Shown here one piece after another: positions 1 through 8,732 of a stretch of DNA of 10,017 nt. The translations under genes and the position numbers were made by a program. Under the pieces are notes generated by a model. It ran no database searches. It was not told where the DNA came from and saw only the letters and a list, made by a program, of their open reading frames with translations. Every line of letters begins with the position of its first letter. The first letter of the stretch is position 1. The DNA is taken from positions 1 to 10,017 of the forward strand of contig NW_021827693.1 in NCBI RefSeq assembly GCF_006345805.1, in the 5' to 3' direction. Source of the DNA: Octopus sinensis. Taxonomy: Eukaryota.

Positions 1-5
1 AGATG

Positions 6-84
6 TTAGTAGGGGTGAATTAGTACTTTGTGGTAGTAGTAGTAATTATAATAGTATTCATCGATTCTAGTATTCAATTGGTAT
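6..84 (-). repeat. Local duplicate of 2430..2507 (3' part of a SINE copy with its (GTA)n insertion)
   Basis: TTAGTAGGGGTGAATTAGTAC...ATTGGTAT matches 2430..2507 with 2 substitutions and 1 indel over 79 nt. Confidence 0.9.
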
Positions 85-101
85 ATATATATATATATAT
101 A
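82..101. repeat. (TA)n microsatellite
   Basis: Direct reading. Confidence 0.95.
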
Positions 102-285
102 AATTTATAAGTATAAATAATAATTAAAAAATTTTTTAATTTTAACTTTAAATTTAAATAATTTAAATTTTGAATTTTATATTTTATATATTTTGTATAT
201 ATATTAATAATTTTATTTCTATGTTTTGGTTTATGTTTTTCACTGTTTGATTTGCCAAATAGTGTTTTATCTCTAATTTAATATA

Positions 286-317
<32 letters not shown>

Positions 318-330
318 CGATATATAATAC
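101..330. repeat. Extremely AT-rich low-complexity tract ending in an imperfect (TA)n
   Basis: Only 4 G/C in 101..200; TA repeats from about 280 to 328. Confidence 0.85.
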
Positions 331-445
331 AAAATGGGACAAGAACGCAAACATATCCGGACAGCTAGGGACAACAAAACATCCAGATTGACGATACAAA
401 GAAAACAAGGACGGGCCATTCGAAGTTTTCTTCCTCAGTCAAGCA

Positions 446-447
<2 letters not shown>
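331..447 (-). mobile_element. Short interspersed fragment between two (TA)n arrays, possibly a PLE terminal fragment
   Basis: Complex 117-nt island flanked by TA arrays; minus strand has CTGAGGA-A-GAA(AAC)TTC-GAA (438->419), a degenerate hammerhead-like core; internal imperfect direct repeat GGGACAA...AAACAT..CC. Confidence 0.4.

Positions 448-526
<79 letters not shown>
448..526. repeat. (TA)n microsatellite with one phase shift
   Basis: Direct reading; AA interruption near 486. Confidence 0.97.
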
Positions 527-529
<3 letters not shown>

Positions 530-818
530 GTGTGTGTGTGTGGTATACACACTCAGAGAAAAGATTATAAATGAAAGGAGCGAATCAAGGAGATGCGCAG
601 ACAGTGAGAAAGACAAAACAAAATGTGAAAGAGAAAAACAAAGTCAAAGAGAAAGAATGCAATGCAGAGAAACGAAAAGATTGTGAGAAAGATAAGAGAT
701 AAAAAATAAAAAAAAAAACAGTAAAAGACACATCTTTGATATACAAAAACCAAACAATGTGTAAAGGCAGATATTTGATTTTTAAAAAGAAGTTTCAAGC
801 CGCCGCTGTGTGTGTGTA

Positions 819-1233
819 TCTTTTGCTTGCTTCAGTCATTGGACTGCAGCCATGCTGGGGCACCGCCTTGAAGGTTTTTTAGTTGGACGATTCGAGCCCA
901 GTATTTACTTTTTAAAAGCCTAATACTTTTCTATTGGTCTCGAATGTCGAAACGTAGGTTACGGGAATGTGAACACACGAACACCGGTTGTTAAATTGTG
1001 GTGGGGGTTTGTTCCTATGACAAATACAAAGGCACATCACACACACACAGACACACTCTCACACGTAAACGACAGGCTTCTTTCAGTTTCCGTCTACCAA
1101 ATGCACTTACAAGGCTTTGGTCGAACAGGGCTATAGTAGAAGATACTTGCCCAAGGTGGTGCAGTGAAACTGAACCCAAGATCACTTGGCTGGGAAGCAA
1201 GCTTCTTACCTACATAGCCCCGCCTGCGCCTAT
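819..1233 (-). mobile_element. Full-length tRNA-derived CORE-type SINE (probably octopus OR family)
   Basis: Minus strand: A-box-like GGCTATGTAGGTAAG (1219->1205), B-box-like GGGTTCAGTTTC (1177->1166), CORE-like CACCTTGGGCAAGTATCTT (1158->1140; MIR core has ACCTTGGGCAAG), internal (TG)n, 3' part homologous to 4865..5040 and 8733..8887, terminal hairpin CAGTC-N4-GACTG (833..846) and AAAAGA end. Family name is from recall. Confidence 0.85.
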
Positions 1234-1607
1234 ATGTAAGCAATTTATCAAAACTTCTCTACGTATGCGATAAGATTGTCAAGTCTTCGAATATGAAACA
1301 TGTTTAAATGTCTTGCAATAGAGGAAATATGAGATGTAACCCCCACTCTCTCTGTCTCTCTCAAAAATGAAAGAAATCAAAATAAAAAAACATAGAAAGA
1401 AAAAAGTCACGTTCAAAATGGAAAAAGAAGAAAAAAAAATCCCTCTTTCCCAGAAACATAAACAGTTACAAAGGGAAATGGTCGAGAGTTTGTCAAGTGA
1501 AAACAAAAAGACGATCCAATATGTCTCCTTGAAGTTGTCAAGTTTGGTTCGGTGAAGTAATTTGTACGGCGCAGACGACAGGGTTAAAATACACGATGAC
1601 TTAGTAG

Positions 1608-1760
1608 AGAGGGAGTAGGAGTGATGAAATATGTGAATGTATATTGGGAGTGGGAGGAGATAGAGTGGGAGGGAGAGAGAGAGAGAGAGAGAGAGCGGGG
1701 AAGTGAAAGAGAAAGAGAAAGAGAGAGAGAGACTTAGATTGATGGAAAGACAGAGTGTGA
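1608..1760 (+). repeat. Purine-rich (GA)n tract
   Basis: Direct reading; perfect (GA)n around 1673..1695. Confidence 0.85.
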
Positions 1761-1809
1761 AAAAAAGGAAGACGGAAATATTGGGCGAGTGGATTGGCAG
1801 CGATGAATG

Positions 1810-1995
1810 ATGTGTGTGTGTATGTATGTGTGTGTGTATGAACACAGGCGTATACACATGCACACGGATCACACACACACACGCGTGCGATCTGTATGTG
1901 GTCTGTGTATATATATGCATGTGTGTGTGTATGTGCATAGGGCATACAGAGAAAAACGAAGATAAATAGCAATGGGGATACACACGCGTGCACAC
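1810..1995. repeat. Degenerate TG/CA/TA alternating purine-pyrimidine tract
   Basis: Direct reading. Confidence 0.8.
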
Positions 1996-1997
1996 GC

Positions 1998-2013
1998 AAG
2001 GACAAGAGAGAAG

Positions 2014-2049
<36 letters not shown>

Positions 2050-2425
2050 CAAAGCGGGGGAGATAAGGAATAAAGTGGAACAATCAGTGAGAGAGAAAAA
2101 AGATGGAAAGGCAGAAAGAGAGAAATAACAGGATGAGGAAAGAGTGGGAGCGAAAGATATTGGTGAAAAGGGGAGGGTGAGATAGAGGAAGGGAGAAGAT
2201 GGAAAAGAGAATCAGAAAGAGAGAGAGAGGGAATGCGAGAGAGAGAGAGAGAGAGAGAAAGGGAATGCGAGTGAGAGATAGATAGAGAGGGAATGCGAGA
2301 GAGAGAGAGAGAAATAGAGGGAGATAGGGAGAGAAAGTGGAGATTAGAGGACGAAGAATGGAGGGACAGTGTGATAGGAAGATAAAGAAAACGGAGATAT
2401 AGAAAGAATAAGTGAAAAGAGAAAA
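1998..2425 (+). repeat. Long polypurine (GA-rich) tract containing three GGGAATGCGA-(GA)n units
   Basis: GGGAATGCGA at 2229, 2261 and 2289 inside (GA)n. Confidence 0.9.
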
Positions 2426-2429
2426 TATA

Positions 2430-2694
2430 TTAGTAGGGGTGAATTAGTACTTGTAGTAGTAGTAGTAATTATAATAGTATTCATCGATTCTAGTATTCGA
2501 TTGGTATTTATTTTATCGATCCCTAAAAGATGACAAATTTTGTCGACTAAATCGGCCCCAGTTTTTTGGTTGGCGCTGAAAGGATGAAAAGCGAAGTCGA
2601 ACTCGGTGGTATTTGAATTCAGAAATTAAAGAGCCGGAAACATTACTGCCGAACAATTTGTCCGGCATGCTAACGAATCTGCTTGCAGGAAGCC
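2430..2694 (-). mobile_element. Diverged tRNA-derived SINE (GGCGGCGAGC-headed family) with internal partial duplication
   Basis: Reverse complement reads GCAGATTCGTTAGCATGCCGGACAAA...TTCTGAATTCAAATACCACCGAGTTCGACTTCGCTTTTCATCCTTTC...GATCGATAAAATAAATACCA, colinear with 3861..4026 and 8898..9055. Confidence 0.85.
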
Positions 2695-2699
2695 TTATA

Positions 2700-2755
2700 T
2701 TCACATACAAAGTTACGCGCGCACTAACACACACGCACACACACGCACACACACA

Positions 2756-2802
<47 letters not shown>

Positions 2803-3111
2803 ACACACACAAAACAAACGCACTCGCACACGTACACACAACAAATATACACCTGCGTGAAGTCCGGCTGAAACAGACAGGTATATTTACTACCAATTAC
2901 ACAAAGTTACACACACACAAACACATATATATACACCCCTCCACACACACAGATGCATATACATATATACACACACACACAAACACATATATATACACCC
3001 CTCCACACACACAGACGCATATACATATATACACACACAAATGCTCACGTACACACAAATATACATCCTCACAAAGTCCTGCAGAGGCAGACATATTTGC
3101 TACCAATTACA
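2700..3111. repeat. Compound AC/AT minisatellite with nested periods (62 bp and about 200 bp)
   Basis: ACAAAGTTAC at 2707 and 2901; CACGTACACACA at 2829 and 3046; CTACCAATTACA at 2890 and 3100; 62-bp unit with CCCCT at 2936 and 2998; (CA)n 2727..2810. Confidence 0.8.
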
Positions 3112-3860
3112 GGAAGGCAAATTACTAAAGCAAAACTAGAAAACCTTAATACTAAACACTATGGTTCTAATTAGGTACACACTAAAGTTTTTTCAATTTA
3201 TCGCCAAAATTCCCCTTATTTTCTGTCTCTTCTACTCTGCCTTTCTTCCTCTGTTTATCTCTGTATCTCTCGCTTTCTCTCTCTCCTTGTTCCTCATTCT
3301 GATGGCTTCTGAAGCTCTGTCCATTCGTTTAACGTTGGAAACGGTTAACATCTAGAATTGGTTTCCTTGATTTAATATTACATAGACGCGGAGTTGGTTC
3401 TGCCTATTAACAAGCACACATACATATACAGACACACACACACACACACACACAAACACAGGTACAGCTATACGCATATACACGTATACACAGATACACA
3501 CATACACTCACTATGCTGCTGCGTGTACGCTCACGCATTCGTATTTACACGCTCATACACAAGCTAACACTCGTACATACAGACGGTGGGGAGCTTGGCT
3601 ATAAATGTACTCTTACAAACGTATGTACTCAGTAAAAATACGCACACATTCATGCATGCATATAACACAATAACACCTGTTTATCAACAAAATATTTACG
3701 AACACAGACGTACACATAAACACACAGACATTCAGAAATGTATTAAAGCACTAGTATACACATAAGACATCACAGATACACACACAATCACGGATGAATC
3801 GAGTGTTTATATATGAAAATATTCAACTATATTCTCTTCCCCACCCACTCTCTCTCTGAA

Positions 3861-4091
3861 GGCGGCGAGCTGACAGAATCGTTAGCACGCCGGGCGAAAT
3901 GCTTAGCCGTATTTCGTTTGTCGTTACGTTCTGAGTTCAAATTCTGCCGAGGTCCACTTTGCCTTTCATCCTTTCGGGGTTGATAAATTAAGTACCAGTT
4001 ACGCACTGGGGTCGATGTAATCGACTTAATCCGTTTGTCTGTCCATGTTTGTCCCCTCTGTGTTTAGCCCCTTGTGGTCAGTAAAGAAATA
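3861..4091 (+). mobile_element. Full-length tRNA-derived SINE, unit 1 of a tandem dimer
   Basis: A-box-like TGACAGAATCG (3871..3881), B-box-like GAGTTCAAATTC (3933..3944), body CCTTTCATCCTTTCGGGGTTGATAAATTAAGTACCAG, hairpin GTCGAT-GTA-ATCGAC (4011..4025), tail ending GTAAAGAAATA. Confidence 0.9.
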
Positions 4092-4243
4092 GGTATTTCG
4101 TCTGCTGTTACTTTCTGAGTTCAAATTCCGCCGATGTCGACTTTGTCTTTCATCCTTTCAGGGTTGATAAATTAAGTACCAGTTACGCACTGGGGTCCAT
4201 ATAATCGACTTAATCCCTTTGTGTGTTCTTGTTTGTCCCCTCT
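4092..4243 (+). mobile_element. Headless second SINE unit (B box but no A box), 3'-truncated
   Basis: Colinear with 3908..4059 at a 184-nt offset, starting GGTATTTCGTC. Confidence 0.9.
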
Positions 4244-4683
4244 CCTTTCAGATACACAGACACTCCCACACAAACGCACACATACACACACACACAACTC
4301 TCTCTCACTGGACAATGATAAAAAGAAATCCAGACAATATTTTGAATTTTTGAAAAATAACTTTTATCAAAGCAAGAAACCCCCCATGGAGTAGTCACCT
4401 GGTTTTGCCATTTCTAAAGGCTAAGAATCACTTTTTATTGAAAGAACTGACCAGCTGTATAGTAGTAAACACATTTTTCTTCTTTCTCTTTTCCTTCTTC
4501 CTTTCTTTCTCTTTTCCATTGACACTTCTTTCAGATACAAAGGCACACACACACACACACACGCGCGCGCATTCTCTCTCACTTTCTCCCCATTCATCAC
4601 CCTCTTTTACTATCCTATATCTCTCTCCACCACTGCACACTCAATAATACTATAAAAAGAGACGAATCTCCTCAAAAAATTCA

Positions 4684-4720
4684 ATCTGAAGAATCCACTA
4701 GAGTGGATGCAAGCGCTAAT
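4684..4720 (+). ncRNA. Minimal type I hammerhead-ribozyme-like motif (PLE type), one core substitution
   Basis: CTGAAGA (4686..4692), stem II ATCCAC-TAGA-GTGGAT (4693..4708), GCAA in place of GAAA (4709..4712), palindromic stem III AGCGCT (4712..4717), CUA triplet with predicted cut after 4718; only 2 bp of proximal stem I. Confidence 0.6.
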
Positions 4721-4780
4721 ATATGATTTATAAAAACGTGATATATTAATAAAAATCTGTAAATATAAAACCATCCAGAT

Positions 4781-4785
4781 TATAT

Positions 4786-4837
<52 letters not shown>
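4781..4837. repeat. (TA)n microsatellite with one phase shift
   Basis: Direct reading. Confidence 0.97.
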
Positions 4838-4841
<4 letters not shown>

Positions 4842-4864
4842 TGTGTGTGTCTATGTGTGCATGA

Positions 4865-5040
4865 GTGTCTTTTCCCCCTCCCCACCGCATGACAACTTTG
4901 GCAGTTCGGCGAAAGAGACTGATAGAATAAGTACCAGGCCTTAGATATAAGTACTGGGGTCGATTCGATCGACTAAAATTCTTCTTCAAGGCGGTGCCCC
5001 AGTATGACCGGGGTCTAAATGATTGAAACAAGTAAAAAAT
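4865..5040 (+). mobile_element. 3' half of the CORE-type SINE family, with internal deletion
   Basis: GATAGAATAAGTACCAGG...CTGGGGTCGATTCGATCGACTAAA...AAGGCGGTGCCCCAGTATGACC...TGAAACAAGTAAAA, homologous to the reverse complement of 819..1010 and 8733..8887. Confidence 0.88.
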
Positions 5041-5057
5041 GAAAAATACATACATAT

Positions 5058-5228
5058 ATACATAGTTGAAGTTTATAGAAAAACAAAAAGACAAAAGACG
5101 AAGACAGGTGCATAAACAACAAGCAGGTGTATTAGTTTGACGCTCGGGAAGGTGAGAAAGTCTTTTATGTTTCGGGCCTACGCTCTTCAAGAGAAGGGAA
5201 CACGCGGAAAAAAATATAGAGAAAAAAC
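5058..5228 (-). mobile_element. PLE-like terminal fragment, left arm of inverted pair, degenerate hammerhead
   Basis: Minus strand CTCTTGA-A-GAGC(GTAG)GCCC-GAA-ACAT-A-AAAG (5193->5162); homologous to 5503..5663. Confidence 0.65.
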
Positions 5229-5502
5229 ATACATACTTACATGTCTTGCTTTATTGTTTTCTCAAACATTAGCAGCACGGATGTGGTTTTTTTCTAGTCC
5301 TATTAGGGACTTCTACACATATTTGCACGCGTAAACAGAGATACGCGTGCAGTCACCCATGCATTCATGCATGCACTCAGACACTAGTACGCACTTTAAT
5401 GAACCGCCTACATGCACTCGCAAACTCACAGGCGAAATAGGAGTGTTCCTCGCTGCTTGCAGTGAATTTGTATATATATGTATGGACCGCTGAAGTCTTC
5501 AA

Positions 5503-5663
5503 GTTTTTTTCATTCTCTCTCTCTTTATTTTCTCTCATTCCTTTCTGTTGAAGAGCGTATGCTCGAAACGTAAAAGATCTTTTCATTTTCCCGCGCGTCA
5601 AACTTGCTTGTTGTTCATACACCTACCTTCGTCTTTTGTTTTTCTATAAATTTCAACTATATA
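5503..5663 (+). mobile_element. PLE-like terminal fragment, right arm of inverted pair
   Basis: 5538..5604 is the reverse complement of 5134..5200 at 56/67 ungapped; ends in TATATA then TG/TC microsatellites. Confidence 0.7.
5541..5576 (+). ncRNA. Minimal type I hammerhead-ribozyme-like motif (PLE type)
   Basis: Stem I CTTT (5541..5544)/AAAG (5573..5576); core CTGTTGA (A6->U); extra A; stem II GAGC-GTAT-GCTC; GAA; palindromic ACGT (5568..5571); GUA triplet with predicted cut after 5572. Confidence 0.65.
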
Positions 5664-5679
5664 AACATATGTGTGTCTG

Positions 5680-6185
5680 TCTCCATAGCTATCTCTGTCT
5701 GTCTATCTGTCTCTCTCTCTCTCTCTCTCTATTTATCTATCTATCGATCAGTGTGTCGGTTATCTGTCTGTTTGTGTACATGTATGTTGTTTGACTGAGT
5801 GTGTGTGATTGTCTTTGTATGCATCTCTTCGTCTCTATCTGTCTGTCTATGTCTGTCTATGTATGTATGTATGTATGTATGTATGTATGTATGTATGTAT
5901 GTATGTATGGATGTATGTATGTATGGAGATATGTATGCACGTATGCGTGTATGTATGTATATTTATATATGTATGTCTCTTTCCATCTATCTGTTTGTTA
6001 CTCCATCTGTCTGTTTGTCTGTCTATCTATCTATCTATCTATCTATATCTATCTATCTCTATCTATCTATCTATCTATCTATCTGTTTGTCTGTCTGTCA
6101 GTCTATCTATCTATACATCTATCTGTTTGTCTGTCAGTCTGTCTATCTATCTATCCATCTATTTGTTTGTCTGTCAGTCTGTCTG

Positions 6186-6262
<77 letters not shown>
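5680..6262. repeat. Compound microsatellite: (CT)n, (TCTG)n, (TATG)n, (CTAT)n with a ~40-bp higher-order unit
   Basis: Direct reading; TGTTTGTCTGTC..AGTCT recurs three times in 6080..6190. Confidence 0.95.
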
Positions 6263-6580
6263 TTTCTTCCTCAATGACAGAACATATTTACATTCTTTAA
6301 TACTCCGCCTCAACAATTCTCCTTCATCAAAATCCTTGAAGAAATCGTTTATTCAGGACAACAACTATCAACTTATACGTCGAATTAAACGTACATTGAC
6401 ATGCGACAACTTATTTTTTCCCTTCTGTTATCATTTGCATCTACTTCAAATCTGTCAATGGTAGTTCAATTGGACATTATTAACCTTTCATTCACATTAT
6501 TATTCATTTGTTTATATTCGAAGGATTAGTAGAATTGGTTGAGAACTGTTAAAAAAAAGCCAAAAGATTAACCCTTTCAA

Positions 6581-6710
6581 GCTATTTGTTTACGAGTTTT
6601 TTATATTCTGAAATCAAATCACGCCGATGTCGACGTAGCTTTTTTCTATATTTATTCTTCAAAGGTCGATCAAATAAGCTCGTGACCAAAAGGATCGTTT
6701 TAATTCACTT
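6581..6710 (+). mobile_element. Old headless fragment of the GGCGGCGAGC-family SINE
   Basis: TCTGAAATCAAATCACGCCGATGTCGAC (from 6607), GGTCGATCAAATAAG (6664..6678) and AGGATCGTTTTAATTCACT (6691..6709) are colinear with 4114..4210. Confidence 0.65.
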
Positions 6711-6881
6711 TTCATCTCAACCCATCCAGTTGTTGTCAATGAAAACTCAGCCTGACGTGGCCACTTTGATCTTTAACTGATCTGTAGGTCACAATTGTCC
6801 ACGCAAATATCTTGCGGTTCGGAGATTTGGACGTGTCTCAGCATCTACGCCGCCATTCCGAAGAGTGAAATTACAGTTCGC

Positions 6882-6976
<95 letters not shown>

Positions 6977-6985
6977 TTTTCTTTT

Positions 6986-7027
<42 letters not shown>

Positions 7028-7030
7028 TTC
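6882..7030. repeat. (TTTC)n microsatellite
   Basis: Direct reading; one T-run interruption near 6975..6987. Confidence 0.97.
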
Positions 7031-7575
7031 CTGCCTTCCTTTCACACATCTACTTGAACGTACATATGCCCGTATACTTATACTTTACCAACACTGTCAC
7101 ACCTTAACCCTCACATATTTAAACTACAAATTGAGTGTGTGTCTCTGCTGAGCCTTTTCGCTACAAAATAGTTTAGCACCATATTGATCGAGGAACAGTG
7201 TACCAGTACATTCTAGAACATACTAATACTACTATGGCAACTACCAGATGACTTTAGTTTACTGAATTTTGACTCGTGTTAATCTCGTCGATTCGTTGAC
7301 GATCCATCCAAAACTATATTTCTTTCTGAACTTGGTTATCGTTTTCTCTGTTCTGCAAACGAAACTTGTCAAAACTAATATAGAATTCATTTCGATATTC
7401 CAACGCACACACGGGCGCGCACGCGTGCACACATTCCGTAAGAAACAACTCATTCTAAATCAATATTTGTAACAAATGAGACCTGTTTAAAATTTCAAAC
7501 TGTTATAATGTTTGTCTCTCTTTCTATCTCTCTCTCTACACACACATATAGGTAGATATGCATATATATATATAT

Positions 7576-7640
7576 CCTTAATTCTTAAATCCTTAAAAAT
7601 GGCTTTAGCCCGAAGCCGCCGGCCATGCTGGGGCACCACC
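7576..7640 (-). mobile_element. Extremely 5'-truncated 3' end of a non-LTR retroelement with (TTTAAGGA)-type tail
   Basis: Minus strand GGTGGTGCCCCAGCATGGCCG...CTTCGGGCTAAAGCCATTTTTAAGGATTTAAGAATTAAGG; shares GGTGCCCCAGCATGGC with the CORE-SINE 3' end; TA arrays on both sides. Confidence 0.7.
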
Positions 7641-7641
7641 G

Positions 7642-7644
<3 letters not shown>

Positions 7645-7713
<69 letters not shown>
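7645..7713. repeat. (TA)n microsatellite, perfect
   Basis: Direct reading. Confidence 0.98.
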
Positions 7714-7714
<1 letters not shown>

Positions 7715-7735
7715 TTTATTTAAAAGCAGCAGAAA

Positions 7736-8564
<829 letters not shown>

Positions 8565-8732
8565 TTCAGTCTATATAAGTGATGTACTTTTGAAAGCCTA
8601 CTAAACAGTGACATTCTTCTCGAGTAAGAAACTCTTGTAGACGTACAGTGTCAAAGAAACCCCAGAAATATATCAGCACCATAGGAAAAAAACACCACCA
8701 GCGGTGATGGCATTGCTAAAAACGTGTTTTTG

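Noticed and set aside
3861-3950. tRNA gene (A and B boxes present)
   Set aside because: Box spacing is too long, no cloverleaf forms, and it continues into a SINE body; the same applies to 1166..1233 and 8898..8985
5137-5622. Two small ORFs sharing FRAYALQ as paralogous peptides
   Set aside because: The similarity is the antisense translation of the inverted hammerhead-bearing repeat
6568-6578. TTAACCCTTTC as a piggyBac-type terminus (also GGGTTAA at 1581 and TTAACCC at 7104)
   Set aside because: No matching inverted terminus or transposase in the window
6780-6882. GC-richer island after a possible AG acceptor, as an exon
   Set aside because: No recognisable peptide in any frame and no convincing donor site
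8600-8730. Possible decayed interspersed-repeat fragment
   Set aside because: Only a vague resemblance from memory; no second copy or motif within the window
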